From Thermodesulfobacteriota bacterium (GTDB lineage Bacteria > Desulfobacterota_D > UBA1144 > Nemesobacterales > UBA2774), in contig OZ244197.1 in NCBI GenBank assembly GCA_965216785.1, positions 1,056,001 to 1,120,000 of the forward strand: DNA of 64,000 bases, in the 5' to 3' direction. The position numbers and the translations under genes were made by a program. The notes under the pieces were generated by a model. It saw only the letters and a list, made by a program, of their open reading frames with translations, made no database searches and had not been told where the DNA came from. Below are positions 19,846 through 29,390 of this stretch, one piece after another; positions within the stretch are counted from its first letter, which is position 1; the number at the start of each line of letters is the position of its first letter.

Positions 19846-20250
19846 ATGGAAAAGAAAGTGAAAAAAACGGACGATGAATGGCGGAGCGTCCTAACTGATG
19901 AGCAGTACCATGTAACAAGAGAGAAGGGTACGGAGAGGCCCTTTACCGGTAAGTACCACGACCATAAGGAAAAGGGCATGTACGTGTGCGTAAGCTGCGG
20001 CGAGAAGCTCTTTCACTCAGATACCAAGTTTGACTCGGGTTCGGGATGGCCAAGTTTTTACAAGCCCCATGGGGATGACAAGATAGCCGAGGAAGTTGAT
20101 CAGAGTCATGGGATGGTGAGGACCGAGGTTCTGTGCAGCATGTGCGACGCGCACCTTGGACACGTGTTCCCGGACGGTCCGAAAGAGACAGGACTCAGGT
20201 ACTGCATAAACTCATGCGCGCTTGAATTCAAAGGGGACGAAGAAGAGTAA
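19846..20250 (+). CDS. msrB: Peptide-methionine (R)-S-oxide reductase
   Basis: [35 protein letters not shown]. Confidence 0.98.
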   Translation: MEKKVKKTDDEWRSVLTDEQYHVTREKGTERPFTGKYHDHKEKGMYVCVSCGEKLFHSDTKFDSGSGWPSFYKPHGDDKIAEEVDQSHGMVRTEVLCSMCDAHLGHVFPDGPKETGLRYCINSCALEFKGDEEE

Positions 20251-20412
20251 GGCTAAGTAGCATGCACTCTGTTGTTATTTTCTATTAAGCTAAAGCGAGC
20301 TAAGCCCAAAATCTGAATTGCCTTAACAATTCAGTTTGCCAACATACTTGTGTAATCACCTATAACTACCGAAGGATAGAGCGCCGTTTGTAGATGCAGC
20401 CGTATTGAGTGG

Positions 20413-20487
20413 TGGTGGCGACGGGTGGATTTGAACCACCGACACAGGCCTTATGAGAGCCCCGCTCTGCCCCTGAGCTACGCCGCC
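20413..20487 (-). tRNA. tRNA-Met (CAT), probably elongator
   Basis: Cloverleaf GGCGGCG-TA-GCTC..GAGC-G-GGGCT-CTCATAA-GGCCT-GTGTC-GGTGG-TTCAAAT-CCACC-CGTCGCC-A-CCA. The G1-C72 pair excludes the initiator; Ile2 is not fully excluded. Confidence 0.93.
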
Positions 20488-20993
20488 GTTTGTTTTGGTT
20501 AAATGATAAATTTTCGGCAATATCTTTAGAAAATCCTTTTTGGCCAAAGGGCAAAATATATCATGACTGATGCAAGTTTCAAGATTTTATAAAGCAAAGC
20601 CGCACTTTTTTCTAAATACGGTTTTTTGTACAGGCATACCAAAACGGCTCTTTGAGAAAATTTATTCGTGATTTAGAGTAAATTAATTTTGTGTTGTTTA
20701 GGGCGGTTACGTGTAGCTGCAAATTATTTGCAAATATCCTCTTGACAGCTTAAGTAAAATACTTTATTTTTATTGTGAATCTTAACACTAAAGCTTAACA
20801 ATTCATCCTCCATCCTCCTTTAAAAGAGGGAATGCCTTAGAGACAATCTGGACATTCCCTCTTGTTGTATCTAAAGAGTTTTTTCCTAGGGCAATTTATC
20901 CCATATCTTATATTAATAGCTATCCAGATTTGAAATAAAGGGTAATATATTATTCTCCGAAAGGGACAATGTCTGAGGGAGTAACAGCTCTTT

Positions 20994-21605
20994 ATGAATA
21001 GAAAAAAGGTATATTACGCGCTGGTAACCGTACTGGTCCTGATTGCAATAGGCTGGGGGATAATACTCTTTGTGCTTTTTATGGAAAAGAGTAAGGCTGA
21101 TTTTTACGGAAATATTTATGATAAAGGCAGAGCTCCCGAGTTTTCACTGACCGACCATAACGGAAATAGAGTGAAGATGTCGGATTTTAAGGACAAAGCG
21201 GTGCTCCTTTTCTTCGGATATACGCAGTGTCCCGATATATGCCCTGTTACAATGGGAACGCTGAAAACTGTCATGGATAATTTAGGTGAGGAAAGTAGCC
21301 GTGTGCAGGTGCTTTTCATTACAATAGATCCGGAGAGAGACGATCAGGAGAAATTAAAGGGCTACGTTCCTTATTTTAGCGAGAGCTTCATCGGGCTCAC
21401 GGGAACTCCTGAGGAGATTGACAAGGTAGCCGATGACTACAACGCGTTTTATATGAAAGAGGAAGTGGACTCCGAGTCAGGCTATCTGATGGGCCACACC
21501 TCTGCTGTTTATCTGGTCAATCCAAAGGGCAAGTTCGTATTGAGATACCCGCAGAACAGGATGGACCCCGTACGCATAGCTGAAGACATAAGGAATATCC
21601 TGTAA
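20994..21605 (+). CDS. SCO1/SenC family copper chaperone
   Basis: FGYTQCPDICP, TIDPERD, GHT histidine; N-terminal TM. Confidence 0.95.
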   Translation: MNRKKVYYALVTVLVLIAIGWGIILFVLFMEKSKADFYGNIYDKGRAPEFSLTDHNGNRVKMSDFKDKAVLLFFGYTQCPDICPVTMGTLKTVMDNLGEESSRVQVLFITIDPERDDQEKLKGYVPYFSESFIGLTGTPEEIDKVADDYNAFYMKEEVDSESGYLMGHTSAVYLVNPKGKFVLRYPQNRMDPVRIAEDIRNIL

Positions 21606-21644
21606 TTCCTTTTATGTAAATTCTATCTAGAGAGGTTTTCACAT

Positions 21645-22097
21645 ATGATAAAGATTCTAGCAGTGATAATGTTAAGTCTTGGTTTTGTGAGTTTTTCCTA
21701 CGCTCAGCAGCAAATTGAAATTACCGAGGGCTGGGTGAGAGGGACTCCGCCGGGGACTACGATTACCGCCATGTATATGAACGTTGAGAATAAGGGTGAA
21801 CAGGAAGACGTTCTTAGCAGTGTGTCGTCAAAAATATCAAAAAGCGCCGAGATTCATCAAACTTCAGTCGACGATAAGGGAGTCGCAAAGATGGAGATGG
21901 TTGAAAGTGTTGCCATACCCGCCGGTGAGGCCGTTCAATTTAAGCCTGGAGGTATGCATATAATGCTGATAGATTTGGAGGAGCCTCTAAAGAGTGGGGA
22001 TGAGGTGGAAATAGAGCTTGTGTTTGAGAAAGCAGGCAATATTAAAGTGCAGGCAGAAGTTGTAGGTGTTGGAGAAAAACGCAGTGGGCAAAAATAA
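21645..22097 (+). CDS. Copper chaperone PCu(A)C
   Basis: Signal peptide; AEIH...KM...PGGMHIML motif; adjacent to SCO. Confidence 0.93.
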   Translation: MIKILAVIMLSLGFVSFSYAQQQIEITEGWVRGTPPGTTITAMYMNVENKGEQEDVLSSVSSKISKSAEIHQTSVDDKGVAKMEMVESVAIPAGEAVQFKPGGMHIMLIDLEEPLKSGDEVEIELVFEKAGNIKVQAEVVGVGEKRSGQK

Positions 22098-22108
22098 CTG
22101 ACTTGCTG

Positions 22109-22567
22109 TCAGTTTGTTTCTTCGACGTCGATTGTGGTTGATGGCAGCTCTTTTGTCGGTGCGTTTGATTCAAACATTATATTTTCCGGAGTATCAGCCA
22201 TCTCGCATCTTCCGTTAAACGTAGCGCCGTTTTCAACGGTTAGCTTTTCTATGAATACATCGCCCATTACCGAGCCCGAGCTTTTAATCTCCAGCTTGCC
22301 GGACTCAATGATTCCTTCGACCCTGCCGTAGACGATGGTTTCGGCTGCTTTGATCTCACCCTCGACCACACCGTTTTCACCGACTATTAGATTATATTCC
22401 CCGGCTATTTTCCCCTTAAGCTGACCGTCTATCCGAGTTGAAGATGTGGTTGTAACGTTACCCTCAAATACGCAGGACTCTCCGATCAGCGTAGTAATTT
22501 GGTTTGCGTCTGTTTTGCTCACAGTCACAGGCCTCTCTTCTTTCTTTTTATTTCCGAACATTCCCAT
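22109..22567 (-). CDS. Bactofilin (polymer-forming cytoskeletal protein)
   Basis: TTLIGESCVFEG...RIDG...VGENGVVEGEIKA...GATFNG beta-helix repeats. Confidence 0.93.
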   Translation of the reverse strand: MGMFGNKKKEERPVTVSKTDANQITTLIGESCVFEGNVTTTSSTRIDGQLKGKIAGEYNLIVGENGVVEGEIKAAETIVYGRVEGIIESGKLEIKSSGSVMGDVFIEKLTVENGATFNGRCEMADTPENIMFESNAPTKELPSTTIDVEETN

Positions 22568-22570
22568 AAT

Positions 22571-23401
22571 TTATTTTAAGGTCAGATAATTTGCCGGGTC
22601 TATCCTCTTTCCATTCTTAACCACTTCGTAATGGAGATGCGTTCCGGTAGATCTTCCGGTAGAACCCGCTTTCCCTATAACCTCCCCTACAGTGACTTTT
22701 TGACCTTCCTTAACGTTGAGAGCGGACAAATGCCCGTACAGGGTCTCGTAACCGTCTTGGTGGTCTACTATCACGGTTTTCCCGTAGCTGTGGTGCCAAC
22801 CTGCTTTCGTAACCGTGCCGTCAGCTGTTACTACTATGGGATCACCATGATCAGCGTCAATATCTATTCCCGAGTGAAAACCGTATTTAGAGCGGAACGG
22901 ATCGCTTCTATAGCCGAACTTGGAGTTTAATTTTCCATCGAGCGGGCTTCCAACCGGTATGCCTTTCATCGTATCGTAAATCTCTTCTATATCTTTCTTC
23001 ATGTACTCTACATATGATATGTTAAGCCTGTCGGGAGGGATAAATTCTCCTCCTACGGATAGATGTTTTTTTATTCCTTTTTTGTCCAGAAGCTCCTGCA
23101 TTTCTAAAAGTGTTTCCTCTATGTCCGTTAACCTGGTTCTGAGCTTGGTTTCTATAACTTCGCTTTCTGTTATGTCTTGGTTCATTATATTAATAGCGCT
23201 TAGGAGCTTATTTACCGAATCTGATTTTATCTCTGAGTCTTTATAAAACATGTAGGTCGAAGTGAAAGAAAGAAGGGAGAAAATTGTGAAAACCGTGAAT
23301 GCGAATAGTGCTACTTTTAGGTGAGAAACTTTCATGCTGAACGATTTAGCCCCTTTACTGCCGGGTTTAACCAGCATGATGGTTATACGATTACTATCCA
23401 T
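22571..23401 (-). CDS. M23 family metallopeptidase
   Basis: TM plus coiled coil, then HSGID, YGHL and GSTGRSTGTHLHYEV. Confidence 0.95.
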   Translation of the reverse strand: MDSNRITIMLVKPGSKGAKSFSMKVSHLKVALFAFTVFTIFSLLSFTSTYMFYKDSEIKSDSVNKLLSAINIMNQDITESEVIETKLRTRLTDIEETLLEMQELLDKKGIKKHLSVGGEFIPPDRLNISYVEYMKKDIEEIYDTMKGIPVGSPLDGKLNSKFGYRSDPFRSKYGFHSGIDIDADHGDPIVVTADGTVTKAGWHHSYGKTVIVDHQDGYETLYGHLSALNVKEGQKVTVGEVIGKAGSTGRSTGTHLHYEVVKNGKRIDPANYLTLK

Positions 23402-23574
23402 TAGTGCCTCCAGATGTGATTGGTCAACCAGACAATCGGTATACGAATTCTGATGAATTAACCCAATTTAATAAAAAGCAAGAATACATTTTATATGAAC
23501 GGAATGCAACCCTATATTTCACTACGGTTAATCTGCCCTTAGCTGCCTTACCCAGTAGATATGGGGACGTGGGC

Positions 23575-23745
23575 GATCCTTCGACTGCACACTTCGTGTG
23601 CGCTCAGGATGAACGGATTTTGTGAATGATGCAGTAGGAACGGACGGGAGCACTGAGCACGATCCGGGGAATTGGTAAGCAAGCCCGCCTTCGCTAAAGC
23701 TGCGTCGAGTCTGGCCGTCTTCCCGCTCCCTCGAAGTGACGCAAT
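23575..23745. repeat. Cluster of REP-like palindromic elements
   Basis: GATCCTTCGACT-GCACAC-TTC-GTGTGC-GCTCAGGATGA and CCCGCCTTCGCTAAAGCT resemble extragenic palindrome families as I recall them; GC-rich patch in an AT-rich spacer. Confidence 0.5.
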
Positions 23746-23885
23746 GGATAAATCAATTCGAGCTTGCGGTGAATCAGGATTCTGGATAATATCATATTAG
23801 AAGTATTCGTGTCCGGAATACTCAACTGGGTTACGGGCTCTTTTCCATAAGGGGTAATTGAAAATTAAAATTACGGTGCCGACAA

Positions 23886-24725
23886 ATGGGTAAGGTAATA
23901 AGTGTTTCAAATCAAAAAGGCGGGGTCGGGAAAACGACAACAGTAGTAAACTTGGCCTCATCACTTGCAGCTGCCCAAAAGAAAACATTAATTATAGATT
24001 TTGATCCCCAGGCAAACGCCACTAGCGGTGTGGGCGTGGACAGAGAGGGGATTGAGAAGAGTATATACGACGCGCTTGTCGGCGAGACGGACATTAAGGA
24101 AATGATAATTGAAGTCGAGCCCGACACTCTAAAGGGTTATTTGTGTATTGTGCCCACTACACCCGAGCTTGCCGGAGCAGAGATTGAGCTGATACACTTG
24201 GAGCAAAGGGAGTGGAGGCTAAAGCGCGCCATTGAATCCGTAGCCGCAGAGTTCGATTTCATACTAATTGATTGCCCTCCTTCATTGAGCCTGCTTACCG
24301 TAAACGCGCTCACCGCTTCGGATTCTGTATTGATTCCGGTCCAGTGCGAGTACTATGCCATGGAGGGTCTTGGGCAGCTTAAGAGAACTATATCGCTTAT
24401 TAAACAGAGGTTAAACCAGGGGCTTGCTATAGAGGGTTATCTGCTTACGATGTTCGATTCACGCAATAATATCTGCCACGTAGTGGCAAACGAGCTCAAA
24501 TCATATTTCGGAGGCGATGTGTTTGAGACAATAATAAACAGAAATGTAAAGTTGGCCGAGTCTCCGAGCCACGGAAAGCCCGCGCTTCTCTATGACGTAA
24601 AGTCTATAGGCGCGCAGAGCTATCTGGCGCTCGCTCAAGAGCTTATTAATAAAAACAGCCCCGTTAGCATGGAAGCGGAGGAGGGCCTAGGAGGTGCGGG
24701 AGTTGAAAAAAACTACTTTGGGTAG
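23886..24725 (+). CDS. parA: ParA/Soj ATPase
   Basis: NQKGGVGKTTT, DFDPQANATSG, IDCPPSL, PVQCEYYAMEG, LAESPSHG. Confidence 0.97.
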   Translation: MGKVISVSNQKGGVGKTTTVVNLASSLAAAQKKTLIIDFDPQANATSGVGVDREGIEKSIYDALVGETDIKEMIIEVEPDTLKGYLCIVPTTPELAGAEIELIHLEQREWRLKRAIESVAAEFDFILIDCPPSLSLLTVNALTASDSVLIPVQCEYYAMEGLGQLKRTISLIKQRLNQGLAIEGYLLTMFDSRNNICHVVANELKSYFGGDVFETIINRNVKLAESPSHGKPALLYDVKSIGAQSYLALAQELINKNSPVSMEAEEGLGGAGVEKNYFG

Positions 24726-25563
24726 AGGGCTTGACGCTCTTATTCCTAAGGAGACTGTGGAGACAGGTTCTTCTGGGAGAGAAGGGTTTATAGTTGCAGG
24801 TGTTGAAGAGGTCGCGCCAAACAGGACCCAGCCCAGGAAAGACTTTGACGATGAGTCGATAGCGGAGCTTGCTACATCAATTAAAGAAAAAGGAATAATT
24901 CAGCCGATCGTAGTTAGGAATACCCCGGATGGCTATGAGATAATCGCGGGAGAAAGAAGGTGGAGAGCGGCCCAGAGAGCGGGTCTTACAAAAGTTCCTA
25001 TCATAGTTAAGCACGCCACCGACAGAGAAGTGCTGGAGCTTGCCCTAATCGAAAACCTTCAGCGTGAGGACTTAAACCCTATAGAAGAGGCTATGGCGTA
25101 TAGTCAGCTCATTGAGGATTTCGGGCTTACTCACGAAGATGTCTCGGGGCGGATCGGGAAGGACAGATCAACCATAACAAACCAGCTGAGACTTCTTAGG
25201 CTAACAGAGCAAGCCAAACAGGCCCTTGTTGAAGGAGAGATCACTGCAGGCCACGCGCGCGCTTTGCTCAGCATCGAGTCTGAAGACAAGTCCTTGCAGG
25301 TCTTAAGCGCGATTATAAAACAGAGGCTTTCCGTGAGAATGACAGAAAGCCTGATACGGAAACTGTCGGAGGAAAAAAAACCTGTGGCGCAAGAGCCTTC
25401 AGAGGACGATATATATTTAAGGCGGATGTCCGATGAGCTTAAGAGAAACTTGAATACGAAGGTAAGGATTGTAAATAAGAAGGGTAAGGGTAAGATAGAG
25501 ATCGAGTATTACTCACAGGACGAGCTGGACAGGCTCTGCCGTTTATTGTTAGATAGCCAATAA
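24694..25563 (+). CDS. parB: ParB/Spo0J partitioning protein
   Basis: LGRGLDALI, QPRKDF, IAGERRWRAA, ENLQREDLNPIEEA. Confidence 0.97.
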   Translation: MRELKKTTLGRGLDALIPKETVETGSSGREGFIVAGVEEVAPNRTQPRKDFDDESIAELATSIKEKGIIQPIVVRNTPDGYEIIAGERRWRAAQRAGLTKVPIIVKHATDREVLELALIENLQREDLNPIEEAMAYSQLIEDFGLTHEDVSGRIGKDRSTITNQLRLLRLTEQAKQALVEGEITAGHARALLSIESEDKSLQVLSAIIKQRLSVRMTESLIRKLSEEKKPVAQEPSEDDIYLRRMSDELKRNLNTKVRIVNKKGKGKIEIEYYSQDELDRLCRLLLDSQ

Positions 25564-25584
25564 CTCACTTATTAGCGGGATAAA

Positions 25585-25845
25585 ATGAAAGAGTTTAAAG
25601 TTAAGATAGAGGTTAAATTAAAACCGGTTGTTTTAGACCCTCAGGGCAAAACCGTTCTTCAGGCCCTAAATAATTTGGGGTATGAAGAGGTAGAGGACGC
25701 CAGGATCGGAAAGCTCATTGAGCTTAGGTTAAGTGACGGAAGTGAAGCGAATGTAAGGGAGAGGGTAGACGAAATGTGCGCGAAACTCCTGTCAAATCCG
25801 GTGATTGAGAATTTTGAAGTAAATATAGAAGAGCAAAATGCTTAA
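25585..25845 (+). CDS. purS: FGAM synthase subunit PurS
   Basis: [11 protein letters not shown]...RIGK...LLSNPVIE. Confidence 0.96.
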   Translation: MKEFKVKIEVKLKPVVLDPQGKTVLQALNNLGYEEVEDARIGKLIELRLSDGSEANVRERVDEMCAKLLSNPVIENFEVNIEEQNA

Positions 25846-26557
25846 ATTCGGAATTATAGTTTTTCCAGGGTCCAACTGTGACCACGACTGCTATCATACT
25901 GTAAAACATGTGCTCGGACACGATGCTGAGTTCATCTGGCATGAAGAGACGGATCTTAGGGGTTTTGATTGTATTATAATCCCCGGGGGGTTTTCCTACG
26001 GTGATTACCTGAGGACGGGCTCTATTGCGAGCTTATCTCCGATTATGAAATCGGTCTCTGACTACGCATCCTCAGGCGGAGCCGTAATAGGCATATGCAA
26101 CGGATTCCAGGTGCTTGTGGAGGCGGGACTGCTGCCGGGCTCACTCATAAAAAACGCCTCTCTCAAATTTATCTGCAAGTGGGTGAATTTAAAGCTCGAA
26201 AATGACGACACATTGTTTACATCGAATTTGAATAAAGGGGATGTGCTCAGGATACCGGTGGCGCACGGGGAAGGGAATTACTTCTGCACGGCGGAGGATT
26301 TAAAGGAGCTTGAGTCTAGTGCCCAGGTTGTGTTTAGGTACTCAGACCCGGCGGGAGATGTGAGCGAGGAGGCAAATCCCAACGGCTCATTGAATAATAT
26401 AGCTGGTATAACGAACAAAGAGGGTAATGTGCTCGGGATGATGCCCCATCCCGAAAGGTGCTCCGAGGGGATAATGGGCGGTGAGGATGGAAGAGCTATT
26501 TTCGAATCCCTTATATCGAATCTTCATCAAAAAGGTAGGGTAAAGAAAGAGGCCTGA
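25838..26557 (+). CDS. purQ: FGAM synthase glutaminase subunit PurQ
   Basis: [37 protein letters not shown]. Confidence 0.97.
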   Translation: MLKFGIIVFPGSNCDHDCYHTVKHVLGHDAEFIWHEETDLRGFDCIIIPGGFSYGDYLRTGSIASLSPIMKSVSDYASSGGAVIGICNGFQVLVEAGLLPGSLIKNASLKFICKWVNLKLENDDTLFTSNLNKGDVLRIPVAHGEGNYFCTAEDLKELESSAQVVFRYSDPAGDVSEEANPNGSLNNIAGITNKEGNVLGMMPHPERCSEGIMGGEDGRAIFESLISNLHQKGRVKKEA

Positions 26558-26580
26558 AAATATAGGGCGCAGAGTTTATT

Positions 26581-26724
26581 ATGATAAAGCTCCTTATTCT
26601 AGTATCTATAGTCCTCATCGCTTTTTGGATGGGCAAGCAATCGGCAATGTTGGGAAGGAAAAAAGTACAAAAAAGAGATACTGAAGATAAACCGCCCGTT
26701 ATAGATATAGAGACCGAAGATTAG
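26581..26724 (+). CDS. Small single-pass membrane protein (47 aa)
   Basis: Below the track cutoff: MIKLLILVSIVLIAFWMGKQSAMLGRKKVQKRDTEDKPPVIDIETED*; fills the gap on the operon strand. Confidence 0.65.
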   Translation: MIKLLILVSIVLIAFWMGKQSAMLGRKKVQKRDTEDKPPVIDIETED

Positions 26725-26832
26725 CTAAGCCCAAAACACCATTGTTTGTACCGTTTAAGCCTCTATGGTACCCTTAAACGCGGTAAATAATTTGCATAAC
26801 TCATCTAGATTATTAGAGCAAGGCTATAATCT

Positions 26833-27072
26833 ATGGAGAATAATAAAGTTAACGCCCAGATCGATATAACTAAAGAAATCTGCCCTATGACATTTGTAAA
26901 AACAAAGCTGAAATTGGAAACAATGTCCGCTGGGCAGGTACTCGAAGTTACGCTCAGGGAAGGTGAGCCGCTGATAAATGTTCCAAGGAGCGTTGAGCAG
27001 GAGGGCCACAAAGTCCTAGATATACACAGGGAGGAAGGGGACGTATTTAAAATCCTAATTGAGCGCTGCTGA
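26833..27072 (+). CDS. TusA family sulfurtransferase
   Basis: IDITKEICPMTFVKTKLKLETM..GQVLEV...NVPRS; 79 aa. Confidence 0.9.
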   Translation: MENNKVNAQIDITKEICPMTFVKTKLKLETMSAGQVLEVTLREGEPLINVPRSVEQEGHKVLDIHREEGDVFKILIERC

Positions 27073-28019
27073 TGGACTTATCTCTAGCCAGAAAAAAACC
27101 TTTAGAAAGCGGTTTGAAAAGAGTCGACTCCGTAATTGAGCTTATCGGAAACACGCCTCTTATAAGGCTTTCACACATGAGGGAAGGTCTGAGCCCGGAC
27201 GTAGAGGTCTATGCCAAAGCTGAGTGGTTTAACCCCGGGGGCTCGGTAAAGGACAGGCCCGCGCTTTGGATGATCCTTGACGGTATACGCACCGGGAAAC
27301 TTACTCACGATAAGATACTCATGGATTCCTCCTCAGGTAACACAGCTATAGCGTACGCTATGATTGGAGCTGCCCTTGGCTACAAGGTTGAGCTTGTCAT
27401 TCCGGAGAATATAAACATAGAAAGAAAGAAAACCCTAAAGGCGTTTGGGGCTAAGGTTATTTATTCGGACCCTCTCGAGGGCTCTGACGGCGCGATCCGT
27501 CTTGCGAGAAAGCTCAAGAAAGAAAATCCCGATAAGTATTTTATGCCGGATCAATATAATAATCCCGCTAACCCAAAAGCGCACTACGATACTACGGCAA
27601 TGGAGATTTGGGATCAGACTGACGGGCGCATTACGCATTTTATTGCGGGGCTTGGGACGAGCGGCACGTTTATGGGAACATCCCGGAGGCTTAAAGAGCT
27701 TAACCCGAATATCCGTACAATCGCGGTCGAGCCTGCAGAGGCCCTGCACGGGCTAGAGGGGATGAAGCATATGCCGACATCCATTGTCCCGGGCATTTTC
27801 GACGATGAGTATCCGGATGAGATTTTCCGAGTGAGCACCGAGGACGCCTACGTTACAATGAAAGACCTCTTAAAGAAAGAAGGTATATTTATAGGGCATT
27901 CGGGCGGAGCGGTGGCGTATGCGACACTCGAGCAGGCAAAAAAGCTTGAGCAAGGCGTACTGGTTACAGTATTCCCGGACGGCGGCTATAGATATTTGAG
28001 CGGAGGTCTCTGGTGGTAA
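27072..28019 (+). CDS. cysM: Cysteine synthase family PLP enzyme (CysM-like)
   Basis: IGNTPLI, NPGGSVKDR, SSGNT, QYNNPAN, GLGTSGT, LEGMK. Confidence 0.88.
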   Translation: MDLSLARKKPLESGLKRVDSVIELIGNTPLIRLSHMREGLSPDVEVYAKAEWFNPGGSVKDRPALWMILDGIRTGKLTHDKILMDSSSGNTAIAYAMIGAALGYKVELVIPENINIERKKTLKAFGAKVIYSDPLEGSDGAIRLARKLKKENPDKYFMPDQYNNPANPKAHYDTTAMEIWDQTDGRITHFIAGLGTSGTFMGTSRRLKELNPNIRTIAVEPAEALHGLEGMKHMPTSIVPGIFDDEYPDEIFRVSTEDAYVTMKDLLKKEGIFIGHSGGAVAYATLEQAKKLEQGVLVTVFPDGGYRYLSGGLWW

Positions 28020-28426
28020 AAATTAGCGAAAGCTCATATAATGCGATCATTAAACACGCGGAAGCCGGGTTTCCACATGAAGTGTGCGGAGTGCTTATAG
28101 GACAGGACCACACAATTACCGACTATAAGGAATGCAATAATTTAAATACAGAGAGGGCTCATGACCGCTACGAGCTCGACCCGCTCTCATTTAAAGAGGC
28201 GGATGACTATTCAAGGGAAGTGGGAAAGGAAATAATTGGTATATATCACTCTCATCCCGACCACCCCTCTATGGCTTCAGAGACCGATAGGCAAAGGGCG
28301 TGGCCCGAGTGGATATACATTATCTTCTCTATAAACAGTGGTAAATATAACGACGCCCGGGCCTGGATACTGGAGGACTCGGGAGAAAAATTCTACGAGG
28401 AACCTATAGAGGTCACCCCTGACTAA
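28013..28426 (+). CDS. JAMM/MPN+ (M67) metallopeptidase, Mec-like
   Basis: PHEVCGVL and YHSHPDHPSMASETD JAMM motif. Confidence 0.93.
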   Translation: MVKISESSYNAIIKHAEAGFPHEVCGVLIGQDHTITDYKECNNLNTERAHDRYELDPLSFKEADDYSREVGKEIIGIYHSHPDHPSMASETDRQRAWPEWIYIIFSINSGKYNDARAWILEDSGEKFYEEPIEVTPD

Positions 28427-28438
28427 GAGGTAGTCCCC

Positions 28439-29242
28439 ATGCGTCTAACAGAAGAACAGATATATAGGTACAGCAGGCATATACTCCTACCCGAAGTAGG
28501 CGGAGTAGGTCAGGAGAAGCTCCTTCGGGCTAAGGTCTTTTGCGTGGGTGTGGGAGGTTTGGGCTCGCCAGTTGCGCTTTATCTGGCCGCGGCGGGGCTA
28601 GGTACTTTAGGAATCGCGGATTCAGACCAGGTGGATATCTCGAATCTCCAAAGACAGGTGCTCCATTACACTGATGATATCGGCAAACCGAAAACTCATT
28701 CCGCCAGAGATAAGCTGCAAAAGCTTAACCCGGACGTAAACGTTATTGTATATAAGGACCTGATTACAAAGGACAATATTAGAGAGCTGGTCAAAGATTA
28801 TGATATTGTGATCGACGGCTCAGATAACTTCCCTACACGATACCTATTAAACGATGCCTGTTACTTTGAGAAAAAGACCCTGATCTCGGGCGCTTTATTT
28901 CAATTCGAAGGGCAGCTTTCGGTATTTAAAACGCATAAGGGCGGGGCGTGTTACAGGTGTCTGTACCCTGAGATACCACCCGCTGGAATGGTGCCTACAT
29001 GCGAGGAAGCGGGCATACTGGGCGCGGTCGCGGGCACAATAGGGACTATGCAGGCCGTAGAGACGTTAAAAGAGGTTCTCAATATCGGAGAGCCGCTCGT
29101 GGATAAGCTCCTCACGATGAACGCGCTTAATATGTCATTTAATACCGTTAAGATTAAAAAAGACCCGGGGTGTCATTTATGCGGAGAAAACCCCACGATT
29201 CTAAGCGTAGATGAGTACAAAGAGCGCGGGTGCGATTTATAG
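28439..29242 (+). CDS. moeB: MoeB/ThiF family adenylyltransferase (no rhodanese domain)
   Basis: RYSRHILL, GVGGLG, SNLQRQ, DGSDNFPTRY, CYRC, PTCEEAG, CxxC. Confidence 0.92.
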   Translation: MRLTEEQIYRYSRHILLPEVGGVGQEKLLRAKVFCVGVGGLGSPVALYLAAAGLGTLGIADSDQVDISNLQRQVLHYTDDIGKPKTHSARDKLQKLNPDVNVIVYKDLITKDNIRELVKDYDIVIDGSDNFPTRYLLNDACYFEKKTLISGALFQFEGQLSVFKTHKGGACYRCLYPEIPPAGMVPTCEEAGILGAVAGTIGTMQAVETLKEVLNIGEPLVDKLLTMNALNMSFNTVKIKKDPGCHLCGENPTILSVDEYKERGCDL

Positions 29243-29390
29243 GATTGGCCTATTTCATAAGCCGTTTTTTTCTATGCTTTGTGTCTAAAGCTGAACTTAA
29301 CTTGACAACCCTTTATAGCTCCCACATACTACCTACTCAAATCGCCATCTAAACGTATTATTACACCGAAAAATTTGGAGAATTTCCTAA

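Noticed and set aside
20250-20500. tRNA as an integration site for an island
   Set aside because: No integrase and no duplicated tRNA 3' end seen in the window.
23402-23885. oriC or parS next to parAB
   Set aside because: No TTATCCACA boxes or TGTTTCACGTGAAACA-like site found by eye.
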